From NCBI GenBank assembly GCA_964016885.1, contig OZ024747.1, forward strand, positions 49,414,001 to 49,478,000: a stretch of 64,000 bases of DNA, in the 5' to 3' direction. The position numbers and the translations under genes were made by a program. Under the pieces are notes generated by a model. That model had not been told where the DNA came from and did not search any database. It saw only the letters and a program-made list of their open reading frames with translations. The DNA is from Eledone cirrhosa (Eukaryota). Position 1 is the stretch's first letter, and the number at the start of each line of letters is the position of its first letter. Of this stretch, positions 1 to 15,112 are shown in pieces.

Positions 1-102
1 AAAGTCTCAGACCAGTCCTTCTCCCTGGGAGCATTTCTAGGCAAGGACCCAGATGATGTGAAACAACAGAAACAGCTCAAACTGGAGAAAAATATTCAGG
101 AG
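1..102 (+). CDS. SNX30: Sorting nexin (SNX30/SNX7-like) internal exon, BAR domain; 5' end outside the window
   Basis: Frame 1 reads KVSDQSFSLGAFLGKDPDDVKQQKQLKLEKNIQE, followed by a GT donor at 103 in phase 0, compatible with the next exon. Confidence 0.7.
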
Positions 103-195
103 GTACACTTCTCTATTATTGTCTCTTACTGTGTGTATTTTTCTTTGAAATTTCAGAATATCTTTAAGCAAGTCATCTGTATATTATTGCACTAG

Positions 196-381
196 GGCGG
201 TGAATTGGCAGTATCGGTAGAGGGTCGGACACCATGCTTTGATGCATAGAGTTACGGCCCTTGCCATTCTGAGTTCAAATCCCGCCGAGGTTAACTTTGC
301 CTTTCATCCTTACGGGGTCGATAAAATAAAGTACCAGTAATGTACTGGGTAATTGCTGGCCTCGTGCCAATAGTAGAAACA
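196..381 (+). mobile_element. tRNA-derived SINE family A, with target-site duplication
   Basis: A-box-like tggcagtatcgg and B-box gagttcaaatcc. The 12-bp direct repeat attattgcacta flanks it (183-194 and 382-393). Near-identical copies at 48055 and 62117. Confidence 0.8.
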
Positions 382-394
382 ATTATTGCACTAT

Positions 395-1520
395 GAACCC
401 TTTGTGGTTCCACTGTACCTTTTGTGGTTCCACTGTACCACTGTGGTTCCACTGTACCCCTTTGTGGTTCCACTGTACCCCTTTGTGGTTCCACTGTACC
501 CCTTTGTGGTTCTAATATAATAATAATAATAATAATAATGAAATTATTGTGTACAGTGCTCAGGTGCACTACAACTCATCAAAGGTGCATGTATAGTACA
601 TAGAATAATGTACAAATGTCAGGAAAGTGAACAGTGTATGAGTTATGATATACATGTGTGTATGTACCCCTTTGTGGTTCCACTGTACCCTTGGTGGTTC
701 TAATATGTACCCCTTTTTGGTTCTACTGTACCCTCAGTGGTTCTATTATGTACCCCTTTGTGGTTCCACTCTACCCTTGGTAGTTCTAATATGTACCCCT
801 TTGTGGTTCTACTGTACCCTTAGTGGTTCTAATATGTACCCCTTTGTGGTTCCACTGTACCCCTTTGTGGTTCTACTGTACCCTTAGTAGTTCTAATATG
901 TACCCCTTTGTGGTTCTACTGTACCCTTAGTGGTTCTAATATGTACCCCTTTGTGGTTCCACTGTACCCCTTTGTGGTTCTACTGTACCCTTAGTAGTTC
1001 TAATATGTACCCCTTTGTGGTTCTACTGTACCCTTAGTGGTTCTAATATGTACCCCTTTGTGGTTCTACTGAACCCTTGGTAGTTCTAATATGTACCCCT
1101 TTGTGGTTCTACTGAACCCTTGGTAGTTCTAATATGTACCCCTTTGTGGTTCTACTGTACCCTTAGTCGTTCTAATATGTACCCCTTTGTGGTTTCACTG
1201 TACTCCTTGGTGGTTCTAATATGTACCCCTTTGTGGTTCTACTGTACCCCTTTGTGGTTTCACTGTACCGTTGGTGGTTCTAATATGTACCCTCCTTTGT
1301 GGTTCTACTGCATGCCCTTGGTGGTTCTAATATGTACCCCTTTGTGGTTCTACTGTACCCCTTTGTGGTTCCACTGTACCCTCTTTGTGGTTCTAATATG
1401 TACCCTCTTTGTGGTTCTAATATGTACCCCTTTGTGGTTCTACTGTACCCCTTTGTGGTTCCACTGTACCCTTGGTGGTTCTAATATGTACCCTCCTTTG
1501 TGGTTCTACTGCATGCCCTT
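395..1520. repeat. Minisatellite of 21-22-bp related units (tgtacccctttgtggttccac / tgtacccttagtggttctaata), interrupted at about 515-660
   Basis: Tandem units are directly visible; they explain ORFs 291-569, 645-887 and 1120-1536. Confidence 0.9.
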
Positions 1521-1563
1521 TATAATTCCATTATGAACCTTTTGTGATTCTGTGTATTTGCAG

Positions 1564-1716
1564 CTTACCCAAAGTGTTGAAATTCTCAATGACAAATCTG
1601 CCTGTGCCAATGCTGACCTCAAGGCTGACATGGAGCGTTGGCATAAAACCAAACATAGGGACTTGAGAGAAATCTTTGTTTCTCTTGCAGATAAGCAAGT
1701 CGAACGTTATGAAAAG
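1564..1716 (+). CDS. SNX30: SNX30/SNX7-like exon, BAR domain C-terminal helix
   Basis: tttgcag acceptor, 153 nt encoding LTQSVEILNDKSACANADLKADMERWHKTKHRDLREIFVSLADKQVERYEK, GT donor at 1717. NADLKADMERW...ADK...YEK matches the SNX30 C-terminus as I recall it. Confidence 0.85.
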
Positions 1717-1804
1717 GTGCGCATTCTGTGTGTTTCTTAACATTTTTGTCAGTTACTTGTGAAAAACACTGAAGTGACCTGTTGATTAGCTTTGATATAT
1801 TAGT

Positions 1805-2457
1805 TGGTGTTTAGACTGAGGTTAGTCTTTATCTATCTGGTGGTGTTTAGACTGGGGTCAGTGTTGATCTATCTGGTGGTATTTAGACTGGAGTATGTCT
1901 TGATTATCTGGTGGTGTTTAGACTGGGGTATGTCTTGATCTATCTGGTGGTGTTTAGACTGGGGTATGTCTTGATCTATCTGGTGGTGTTTAGACTGGGG
2001 TATGTCTTGATCTATCTGGTGGTGTTTAGACTGGAGTATGTCTTGATTATCTGGTGGTGTTTAGACTGGGGTATGTCTTGATTATCTGGTGGTGTTTAGA
2101 CTGGGGTATGTCTTGATCTATCTGGTGGTGTTTAGACTGGGGTATGTCTTGATCTATCTGGTGGTGTTTAGACTAGGGTATGTCTTGATCTATCTGGTGG
2201 TGTTTAGACTGGGGTCAGTGTTGATCTATCTGATGGTGTTTAGACTAGGGTATGTCTTGATCTATCTAGTGGCGTTTAGACGGGTATGTTTTGATCTATC
2301 TGGTGGTGTTTAGACTGGGGTCAGACTTTATCTATCTGGTGGTGTTTAGACTGGGGTCAGTCTTTATCTATCTGGTGGTGTTTAGACTGGGGTCAGTGTT
2401 GATCTATCTGGTGGTGTTTAGACTGGGATCGGTCTTTATCTGGTGGTGTTTAGACTA
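1805..2457. repeat. 36-bp minisatellite (ctggtggtgtttagactggggtatgtcttgatctat), about 18 copies
   Basis: Visible tandem array; 12-aa periodicity in ORF 2089-2313. Confidence 0.9.
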
Positions 2458-3097
2458 AGGTCCTCCTTATGAACAAAAAAGATAATTCATGTTTAACAAG
2501 GAAAATAATTGTTATTCTGTCATAGGTTACTTCCCTTAGATTTTTCAAAGTATCATATTTTTACGTGATTAATCATGTTTTACACCAGCTTTTGCATACT
2601 GACAGGAGTTGAAGGACTTTTTTAGGCAGGTTTCCTAGATCCATGATATATTTCACGATGTGAAACCATAAGTATAGGACATAATCAAAAGGCACCGCTT
2701 GTTTTAAACAGTGTTATGTAAAGCTGACACACACACACACACTGATGGCTGCCCGCCCACTCGTTATCGAGTATGGCCATTTCATGATATACCATTATTA
2801 ATAATTATTAATTAATTCTATCGTGCAATGCCTGAGCCTGAAGATTTTTTTTTTTAAGTGAAGAAAGACTGTGCACTGAGCCAATCCCACTCTCTGAGCA
2901 ACAGTAGCTATAACACGAAAAAGAAAAGATCAACATCATCGGTAACTACTGAGCCACAGGTTTTATATCGGGGTTATCCCAGTTTCCTGAGTTGCCTTTG
3001 CCTAGAAGAATGCCCTGACAAAGGCTAGGGGCCCTTCACTCCCAGTGGTTTAGCCGCGCGATCGGGTGTCCAGCCCGATTATTTCAATGTCCCTGCA

Positions 3098-3358
3098 CAT
3101 ATATATATACATATGTATTCTTGCATATACGTACATACATTCACATACATACATACGCACACACACATACACACACACATACACACACACATACACACAT
3201 ATATACATACACACACATGCATACATACATACACACACATACACACACATACACACACACATACATGCAAACACAGATACATGCAAACACACATACATGC
3301 AAACACACACACGCACATACACATACAAGTGCACACATGCGCGGCACACACACACATG
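3098..3358. repeat. (CA)/(TA)/(CATA) microsatellite
   Basis: Simple-sequence tract. Confidence 0.9.
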
Positions 3359-3419
3359 TGCCTGAAAGGAGATAGGGATAAAGTAAGTCAAGTGAGGCAA
3401 TATTTAATCCTTTCACTAT

Positions 3420-6400
3420 TTGACCATCACACTCTCCTACACCTGGTCACCAGTTGACCATCACACTGTCCTACACCTGGTCACCAGTTGACCATCACAC
3501 TCTCCTACACCTGGTCACCAGTTGACCATCACACTCTCCTACACCTGGTCACCAGTTGACCATCACACTCTCCTACACCTGGTCACCAGTTGACCATCAC
3601 ACTCTCCTACACCTGGTCACCAGTTGACCATCACACTCTCCTACACCTGGTCACCAGTTGACCATCACACTCTCCTACACCTGGTCATTAGTTGACCATC
3701 ACACTCTCCTACACCTGGTCACCAGTTGACCATCACACTCTCCTACACATGGTCACCAGTTGACCATCACACTCTCCTACACCTGGTCATTAGTTGACCA
3801 TCACACTCTCCTACACCTGGTCATTAGTTGACCATCACACTCTCCTACACCTGGTCACCAGTTCACCATCACACTCCCCTACACCTGGTCATTAGTTGAC
3901 CATCACACTCTCCTACACCTGGTCACCAGTTGACCATCACACTCTCCTACACCTGGTCATTAGTTGACCATCACACTCTCCTACACCTGGTCATTAGTTG
4001 ACCATCACACTCTCCTACACCTGGTCATTAGTTGACCATCACACTCTCCTACACCTGGTCACCAGTTGACCATCACACTCTCCTACACCTGGTCACCAGT
4101 TGACCACACTCTCCTACACCTGGTCACCAGTTGACCATCACACTCTCCTACACCTGGTCACCAGTTGACCATCACACTCTCCTACACCTGGTCATTAGTT
4201 GACCATCACACTCTCCTACACCTTGTCATTAATTGACCATCACACTCTCCTACACCTTGCCATTAATTGACCATCACACTCTCCTACACCTGGTCACCAG
4301 TTGACCATCACACTCTCCTACACCTGGTCACCAATTGACCATCACACTCTCCTACACCTGGTCACTATTTGACCATCACACTCTCCTACACCTGGTCACC
4401 AGTTGACCATCACACTGTCCTACACCTGGTCGCCAGTTGACCATCACACTGTCCTACACCTGGTCGCCAGTTGACCATCACACTCTCCAACACCTGGTCA
4501 CCAGTTGACCATCACACTCTCCTACACCTGGTCACTATTTGACCATCACACTCTCCTACACCTGGTCACCAGTTGACCATCACACTCTCCTACACCTGGT
4601 CATTAGTTGACCATCACACTCTCCTACACCTGGTCATTAGTTGACCATCAGACTCTCCTACACCTGGTCATTAGTTGACCATCACACTCTCCTACACCTG
4701 GTCACCAGTTGACCATCACACTCTCCTACACCTGGTCATTAGTTGACCATCACACTGTCCTACACCTGGTCATTAGTTGACCATCACACTCTCCTACACC
4801 TGGTCATTAGTTGACCATCACACTCTCCTACACCTGGTCATTAGTTGGCCATCACACTCTCCTACACCTGGTCATTAGTTGGCCATCACACTCTCCTACA
4901 CCTGGTCACCAGTTGGCCATCACACTCTCCTACACCTGGTCACCAGTTGACCATCACACTCTCCTACACCTGGTCACCAGTTGACCATCACACTCTCCTA
5001 CACCTGGTCATTAGTTGACCATCACACTCTCCTACACCTGGTCACCAGTTGACCATCACACTCTCCTACACCTGGTCACCAGTTGACCATCACACTCTCC
5101 TACACCTGGTCACCAGTTGACCATCACACTCTCCTACACCTGGTCACCAGTTGACCATCACACTCTCCTACACCTGGTCATTAGTTGACCATCACACTCT
5201 CCTACACCTGGTCATTAGTTGACCATCACACTCTCCTACACCTGGTCACCAGTTGACCATCACACTCTCCTACACCTGGTCACCAGTTGACCATCACACT
5301 CTCCTACACCTGGTCACCAGTTGACCATCACACTCTCCTACACCTGGTCACCAGTTGACCATCACACTCTCCTACACCTGGTCACCAGTTGACCATCACA
5401 CTCTCCTACACCTGGTCATTAGTTGACCATCACACTCTCCTACACCTGGTCACCAGTTGACCATCACACTCTCCTACACCTGGTCATTAGTTGACCATCA
5501 CACTCTCCTACACCTGGTCATTAGTTGACCATCACACTCTCCTACACCTGGTTACCAGTTGACCATCACACTCTCCTACACCTGGTCACCAGTTGGCCAT
5601 CACACTCTCCTACACCTGGTCACCAGTTGACCATCACACTCTCCTACACCTGGTCATTAGTTGACTATCACACTCTCCTACACCTGGTCACCAGTTGACT
5701 ATCACACTCTCCTACACCTGGTCACCAGTTGACCATCACACTCTCCTACACCTGGTCACCAATTGACCATCACACTCTCCTACACCTGGTCATTAGTTGA
5801 CCACCACACTCTCCTACACCTGGTTATTAGTTGACCATCACACTCTCCTACACCTGGTCACCAGTTGACCATCACACTCTCCTACACCTGGTCACCAGTT
5901 GACCATCACACTCTCCTACACCTGGTCACCAGTTGACCATCACACTCCTACACCTGGTCATTAGTTGACCATCACACTCTCCTACACCTGGTCATTAGTT
6001 GACCATCACACTGTCCTACACCTGGTCATTAGTTGGCCATCACACTCTCCTACACCTGGTCACCAGTTGACCATCACACTCTCCTACACCTGGTCACCAG
6101 TTGACCATCACACTCTCCTACACCTGGTCACCAGTTGACCATCACACTCTCCTACACCTGGTCATTAGTTGACCATCACACTCTCCTACACCTGGTCATT
6201 AGTTGACCATCACACTCTCCTACACCTGGTCACCAGTTGACCATCACACTCTCCTACACCTGGTCACCAGTTGACCATCACACTCTCCTACACCTGGTCA
6301 CCAGTTGACCATCACACTCTCCTACACCTGGTCACCAGTTGACCATCACACTCTCCTACACCTGGTCACCAGTTGACCATCACACTCTCCTACACCTGGT

Positions 6401-9400
6401 CACCAGTTGACCATCACACTCTCCTACACCTGGTCACCAGTTGACCATCACACTCTCCTACACCTGGTCACCAGTTGACCATCACACTCTCCTACACCTG
6501 GTCATTAGTTGACCATCACACTCTCCTACATCTGGTCACCTGGTCACCGGTTGACCATCACACTCTCCTACACCTGGTCACCAATTGACCATCACACTCT
6601 CCTACACCTGGTCACCAATTGACCATCACACTCTCCTACACCTGGTCATTAGTTGGCCATCACACTCTCCTACACCTGGTCACCAGTTGACCATCACACT
6701 CTCCTACACCTGGTCACCAGTTGACCATCACACTCTCCTACACCTGGTCACCAGTTGACCATCACACTCTCCTACACCTGGTCAACAGTTGACCATCACA
6801 CTCACCTACACCTGGTCAACAGTTGACCATCACACTCTCCTACACCTGGTCATTAGTTGACCATCACACTCTCCTACACCTGGTCACCAGTTGACCATCA
6901 CACTCTCCTACACCTGGTCACCAGTTGACCATCACACTCTCCTACACCTGGTCACCAGTTGACCATCACACTCTCCTACACCTGGTCACCAGTTGACCAT
7001 CACACTCTCCTACACCTGGTCACCAGTTGACCATCACACTCTCCTACACCTGGTCACCAGTTGACCATCACACTCTCCTACACCTTGTCATTAATTGACC
7101 ATCACACTCTCCTACACCTGGTCACCAATTGACCATCACACTCTCCTACACCTGGTCACCATTTGACCATCACACTCTCCTACACCTGGTCACCAGTTGG
7201 CCATCACACTCTCCTACACCAGGTCACCAGTTGACCAACACACTGTCCTACACCTGGTCGCCAGTTGACCATCACACTCTCCTACACCTGGTCGCCAGTT
7301 GACCATCACACTCTCCTACACCTGGTCACCAGTTGACCATCACACTCTCCTACACCTGGTCACCAGTTGACCATCACACTCTCCTACACCTGGTCATTAG
7401 TTGACCATCACACTCTCCTACACCTGGTCATTAGTTGACCATCACACTCTCCTACACCTGGTCATTAGTTGACCATCACACTCTGCTACACCTGGTCATT
7501 AGTTGGCCATCACACTCTCCTACACCTGGTCACCAGTTGGCCATCACACTCTCCTACACCTGGTCACCAGTTGGCCATCACACTCTCCTACACCTGGTCA
7601 CCAGTTGACCATCACACTCTCCTACACCTGGTCATTAGTTGACCATCACACTCTCCTACACCTGGTCATTAGTTGACCATCACACTCTCCTACACCTGGT
7701 CACCAGTTGACCATCACACTCTCCTACACCTGGTCACCAGTTGACCATCACACTCTCCTACACCTGGTCGCCAGTTGACCATCACACTCTCCTACACCTG
7801 GTCACCAATTGACCATCACACTCTCCTACACCTGGTCATTAGTTGACCATCACACTCTCCTACACCTGGTCATTAGTTGACCATCACACTGTCCTACACC
7901 TGGTCATTAGTTGACCATCACACTCTCCTACACCTGGTCACCAGTTGACCATCACACTCCTACACCTGGTCATTAGTTGACCATCACACTCTCCTACACC
8001 TGGTCATTAGTTGACCATCACACTGTCCTACACCTGGTCATTAGTTGGCCATCACACTCTCCTACACCTGGTCACCAGTTGACCATCACACTCTCCTACA
8101 CCTGGTCACCAGTTGACCATCACACTCTCCTACACCTGGTCACCAGTTGACCATCACACTCTCCTACACCTGGTCATTAGTTGACCATCACACTCTCCTA
8201 CACCTGGTCATTAGTTGACCATCACACTCTCCTACACCTGGTCACCAGTTGACCATCACACTCTCCTACACCTGGTCACCAGTTGACCATCACACTCTCC
8301 TACACCTGGTCACCAGTTGACCATCACACTCTCCTACACCTGGTCACCAGTTGACCATCACACTCTCCTACACCTGGTCACCAGTTGACCATCACACTCT
8401 CCTACACCTGGTCACCAGTTGACCATCACACTCTCCTACACCTGGTCACCAGTTGACCATCACACTCTCCTACACCTGGTCACCAGTTGACCATCACACT
8501 CTCCTACACCTGGTCATTAGTTGACCATCACACTCTCCTACATCTGGTCACCTGGTCACCGGTTGACCATCACACTCTCCTACACCTGGTCACCAATTGA
8601 CCATCACACTCTCCTACACCTGGTCACCAATTGACCATCACACTCTCCTACACCTGGTCATTAGTTGGCCATCACACTCTCCTACACCTGGTCACCAGTT
8701 GACCATCACACTCTCCTACACCTGGTCATTAGTTGACCATCACACTCTCCTACACCTGGTCACCAGTTGACCATCACACTCTCCTACACCTGGTCACCAG
8801 TTGACCATCACACTCTCCTACACCTGGTCACCAGTTGACCATCACACTCTCCTACACCTGGTCAACAGTTGACCATCACACTCACCTACACCTGGTCAAC
8901 AGTTGACCATCACACTCTCCTACACCTGGTCATTAGTTGACCATCACACTCTCCTACACCTGGTCACCAGTTGACCATCACACTCTCCTACACCTGGTCA
9001 CCAGTTGACCATCACACTCTCCTACACCTGGTCACCAGTTGACCATCACACTCTCCTACACCTGGTCACCAGTTGACCATCACACTCTCCTACACCTGGT
9101 CACCAGTTGACCATCACACTCTCCTACACCTGGTCACCAGTTGACCATCACACTCTCCTACACCTTGTCATTAATTGACCATCACACTCTCCTACACCTG
9201 GTCACCAATTGACCATCACACTCTCCTACACCTGGTCACCATTTGACCATCACACTCTCCTACACCTGGTCACCAGTTGGCCATCACACTCTCCTACACC
9301 AGGTCACCAGTTGACCAACACACTGTCCTACACCTGGTCGCCAGTTGACCATCACACTCTCCTACACCTGGTCGCCAGTTGACCATCACACTCTCCTACA

Positions 9401-12060
9401 CCTGGTCACCAGTTGACCATCACACTCTCCTACACCTGGTCACCAGTTGACCATCACACTCTCCTACACCTGGTCATTAGTTGACCATCACACTCTCCTA
9501 CACCTGGTCATTAGTTGACCATCACACTCTCCTACACCTGGTCATTAGTTGACCATCAGACTCTGCTACACCTGGTCATTAGTTGGCCATCACACTCTCC
9601 TACACCTGGTCACCAGTTGGCCATCACACTCTCCTACACCTGGTCACCAGTTGGCCATCACACTCTCCTACACCTGGTCACCAGTTGACCATCACACTCT
9701 CCTACACCTGGTCATTAGTTGACCATCACACTCTCCTACACCTGGTCATTAGTTGACCATCACACTCTCCTACACCTGGTCACCAGTTGACCATCACACT
9801 CTCCTACACCTGGTCACCAGTTGACCATCACACTCTCCTACACCTGGTCGCCAGTTGACCATCACACTCTCCTACACCTGGTCACCAATTGACCATCACA
9901 CTCTCCTACACCTGGTCATTAGTTGACCATCACACTCTCCTACACCTGGTCATTAGTTGACCATCACACTCTCCTACACCTGGTCATTAGTTGACCATCA
10001 CACTCTCCTACACCTGGTCATTAGTTGACCATCAGACTCTGCTACACCTGGTCATTAGTTGACCATCACACTCTCCTACACCTGGTCACCAGTTGACCAT
10101 CACACTCTCCTACACCTGGTCACCAGTTGACCATCACACTCTCCTACACCTGGTCACCAGTTGGCCATCACACTCTCCTACACCTGGTCACCAGTTGGCC
10201 ATCACACTCTCCTACACCTGGTCACCAGTTGACCATCACACTCTCCTACACCTGGTCATTAGTTGACCATCACACTCTCCTACACCTGGTCATTAGTTGA
10301 CCATCACACTCTCCTACACCTGGTCATTAGTTGACCATCACACTCTCCTACACCTGGTCACCAGTTGACCATCACACTCTCCTACACCTGGTCACCAGTT
10401 GACCATCACACTCTCCTACACCTGGTCACCAGTTGACCATCACACTCTCCTACACCTGGTCACCAATTGACCATCACACTCTCCTACACCTGGTCATTAG
10501 TTGACCATCACACTCTCCTACACCTGGTCATTAGTTGACCATCACACTCTCCTACACCTGGTCATTAGTTGACCATCACACTCTCCTACACCTGGTCACC
10601 AGTTGACCATCACACTCTCCTACACCTGGTCACCAGTTGACCATCACACTCTCCTACACCTGGTCACCAGTTGACCATCACACTCTCCTACACCTGGTCA
10701 CCAGTTGACCATCACACTCTCCTACACCTGGTCACCAGTTGACCATAACACTCTCCTACACCTGGTCACCAGTTGACCATCACACTCTCCTACACCTGGT
10801 CACCAGTTGACCATCACACTCTCCTACACCTGGTCACCAGTTGACCATCACACTCTCCTACACCTGGTCATTAGTTGACCATCACACTCTCCTACACCTG
10901 GTCATTAGTTGACCATCACACTCTCCTACACCTGGTCACCAGTTGACCATCACACTCTCCTACACCTGGTCACCAGTTGACCATCACACTCTCCTACACC
11001 TGGTCACCAGTTGACCATCACACTCTCCTACACCTGGTCACCAGTTGACCATCACACTCTCCTACACCTGGTCACCGGTTGACCATCACACTCTCCTACA
11101 CCTGGTCACCAATTGACCATCACACTCTCCTACACCTGGTCATTAGTTGGCCATCACACTCTCCTACACCTGGTCATTAGTTGACCATCACACTCTCCTA
11201 CACCTGGTCATTAGTTGACCATCACACTCTCCTACACCTGGTCATTAGTTGACCATCACACTCTCCTACACCTGGTCATTAGTTGACCATCACACTCTCC
11301 TACACCTGGTCACCAGTTGACCATCACACTCTCCTACACCTGGTCACCAGTTGACCATCACACTCTCCTACACCTGGTCACCAGTTGACCATCACACTCT
11401 CCTACACCTGGTCACCAGTTGACCATCACACTGTCCTACACCTGGTCACCAGTTGACCATCACACTCTCCTACACCTGGTCATTAGTTGACCATCACACT
11501 CTCCTACACCTGGTCATTAGTTGACCATCACACTGTCCTACACCTGGTCATTAGTTGACCATCACACTCTCCTACTCCTGGTCATTAGTTGACCATCACA
11601 CTCTCCTACACCTGGTCATTAGTTGACCATCACACTCTCCTACACCTGGTCACCAGTTGACCATCACACTGTCCTACACCTGGTCACCAGTTGACCATCA
11701 CACTCTCCTACACCTGGTCATTAGTTGACCATCACACTCTCCTACACCTGGTCATTAGTTGACCATCACACTGTCCTACACCTGGTCATTAGTTGACCAT
11801 CACACTCTCCTACACCTGGTCACCAGTTGACCATCACACTCTCCTACACCTGGTCATTAGTTGACCATCACACTCTCCTACACCTGGTCGAGTTGACCAT
11901 CACACTGTCCTACACCTGGTCATTAGTTGACCATCACACTGTCCTACACCTGGTCACCAGTTGACCATCACACTCTCCTACACCTGGTCACCAGTTGACC
12001 ATCACACTGTCCTACACCTGGTCACCAGTTGACCATCACACTCTCCTACACCTGGTCAGC
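3420..12060. repeat. 34-bp satellite array (gaccatcacactctcctacacctggtca[cc/tt]agtt), about 250 copies, inside the SNX30 intron
   Basis: Period of 34 (tgacc at 3421, 3455 and so on); highly homogeneous. Confidence 0.97.
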
Positions 12061-12164
12061 TTGACATAATTAAATGTTATATATAGCGATGAAGGAAACG
12101 ATGACAAAATGGAGTTGATGACTTTCTACCCTAAAAATAAAACATTAGATCTATGCCGCACCTA

Positions 12165-14144
12165 TACCTGTATGTATAGACTATTTTATATACAGTATAT
12201 ATAATATACACCATAGTATATATAATATACACCATGTATACCTGTGTATATAGATACAGCTCTATTTTATGTACAGTATATATAATATATCATCATCATC
12301 ATCAACGTTTAACGTCCGTGTTCCACGCTTGCATGGGTTTGGACGGGGGTAGTCCCACTTGAGGCAAGAGTGATTGTCTTGCTCGCATAGGACTGTCTGG
12401 CAGGTTTTCTACAGTTGGATGCCCTTCCTAACACCAACCACATTTACAGTGTGGGTCTGGGATGTTTTTACCGTGTTGCCTACACGGCCACATTACAGCG
12501 TGGACTGTGTGTTTTTTTGTCGTGACACCTACACGATCTCATTTGTTTCGGCCTGGATGGCGCGGCACCAACATAACTTTACATAGAACGGGGTGGTGTG
12601 GATGGGGTGGGGGTGGTGGCGGGACGGGGTGTAGTTTGTTAGAGATGCCTACTGGCAAGGCGGGTCTTCTCTGTTACTGAGTACCGCCAAAGGTCACGGT
12701 CCAGTGACATTGTCTTGGAGAGGTGTAAGTGTGTGAGGTCGGAGTTTATCAGCTCATCCCATGTTTTTCTAGGTCTGCCTATTCCGTGGCTACCGTCTAT
12801 CTTTATTGCCCTGCACTTTGTAATACAGCTATCGACTTTCATGCGCATCACGTGTCCATACCAACGCAGCCTTCTCTCGAGTAAACAACATCTGATCCCT
12901 CTTATCTCTAATTTTTTCCTTAGTTCGTTTATGCTTTGCCGTTCACGTATATTACTGTTACACATCCAGCGGAGCATGCAAGCTTCGTTCCTCTCTAGTC
13001 TGCGTATATCCTCTGCACACAATGCCCAGGTCTCACTACCATGCAACATTGCTGTTCGTATGCAGGCATCGTACAACCTGCCTTTCATTTTTAGGGAGAA
13101 CCCTTTAGCAGCTAATAGTGGTATAAGCTCTCTGAACTTTTTCCAACCAGTTCTGACTCTAGCTACAGTACTTTCAGAGCACCCTCCCCCACTGCTGATT
13201 TTATCGCCCAGGTAACGGAAGCTGTCCACTATTTCTATAGAACCCTCTGCGCAATTGAAAGAGCTAGTATTTTGTGGGCACTTGCTGCTACTTATTGCAC
13301 CAGAACACCGGCCACATGTAAAGTCTATGTTCTTAGTTAGCTTACCTGTGATCCCACTACATCTTTTATGCACCCATACTTTGCATTTAGGACATAAGAT
13401 GGAGTTTCTACCTACGCCTTTCCTACATACCGAGCACGACCATTTCCCAGAAGGGACCGCCGCCTTGTTTTCTTTCCTACAAACTAGAACTTTGGTCTTA
13501 GCCAGGTTAATTTTAAGTCCTTTTGACTCTAGGCCGTGCTTCCATGTTTGGAATTTCTTCTCTAGCTCGGCCATTGATTCCGCTATGAGTGTCAGGTCGT
13601 CTGCGTATAGGAGTTCCCATGGGCAGCCTGTCTTGAACTCCTCTGTTATAGCCTGAAGGGCAATAATAAATAGTAGGGGGCTGAGAACAGAGCCCTGATG
13701 GACGCCAACTTTTACGCTAAACTCTTCACTATATTCGTTGTTAATTCTAACCTTGCTGACTGTTTCTTTATACATGGCTTGTATAGCCCTCACAAGCCAT
13801 TCGTCAACGCCTAGTTTTCTAAGAGCCCACCAGATAATGGAGCGGGGGACTCTGTCGAAGGCTTTCTCCAGGTCGACAAAAGCTAAGTAGAGGGGTTTAC
13901 CTTTAGCTAGGTACTTCTCCTGTAGTTGTCGTACTATGAAAAGAGCGTCTGTGGTGCTTTTGCCTGACACAAACCCGAACTGCATTTCATCTAGATCAAT
14001 TCTCTCTCTGATTAGTTGCGCTATTACTTTTTCCGTGACCTTCATGACCTGGTCGATTAATTTAATGCCGCTATAGTTACTCCTATATATATATATACAC
14101 CATGTATACCTGTGTATATAGATACACCTTTATTTTATGTACAG

Positions 14145-14190
<46 letters not shown>

Positions 14191-14237
14191 CACCATGTAT
14201 ACCTGTGTATATAGATACAGCTTTATTTTATGTACAG

Positions 14238-14270
<33 letters not shown>

Positions 14271-14383
14271 CACCATGTATACCTGTGTATATAGATACAG
14301 CTCTATTTTATGTACAGTATATATAATATATATATACACCATGTATACCTGTGTATATAGATACAGCTTTATTTTATGTACAG

Positions 14384-14425
<42 letters not shown>

Positions 14426-14904
14426 CATGTATACCTGTGTATATAGACACAGCTCTATTTTATGTACAGTATATATAATATATATATATACACACCATGT
14501 ATACCTGTGTATATAGATACAGCTTTATTTTATGTACAGTATATATAATATATATATATATACACCATGTATACCTGTGTATATAGATACAGCTCTATTT
14601 TATGTACAGTATATATAATATATATATACACCATGTATACCTGTGTATATAGATACAGCTTTATTTTATGCACAGTATATATATATATATATATAAAACC
14701 ATGTATACCTGTGTATATAAATACAGCTTTATTTTATGTACAGTATATATAATATATATATATATATATATATTATATATACTGTACATAAAATAAAGCT
14801 GTATTTATATACACAGGTATACATGGTGTATATATAATATATATATATATATATATACACCATGTATACCTGTGTATATAGATACAGCTCTATTTTATGT
14901 ACAG

Positions 14905-14935
<31 letters not shown>

Positions 14936-14982
14936 CACCATGTATACCTGTGTATATAAATACAGCTTTATTTTATGTACAG

Positions 14983-15026
<44 letters not shown>

Positions 15027-15070
15027 CATGTATACCTGTGTATATAGATACAGCTTTATTTTATGTACAG

Positions 15071-15112
<42 letters not shown>

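Noticed and set aside
291-2313. Periodic ORFs in the minisatellites
   Set aside because: They lie in SNX30 introns and simply reflect the repeat periodicity.
3420-12060. CRISPR-like appearance of the 34-bp palindromic repeat
   Set aside because: The units are head-to-tail with no unique spacers, there are no cas genes, and the context is a eukaryotic intron.
12715-13656. Plus-strand ORFs overlapping the RTE (also 30226-30951 and 31134-33218)
   Set aside because: They are antisense shadows of the LINE coding strand.
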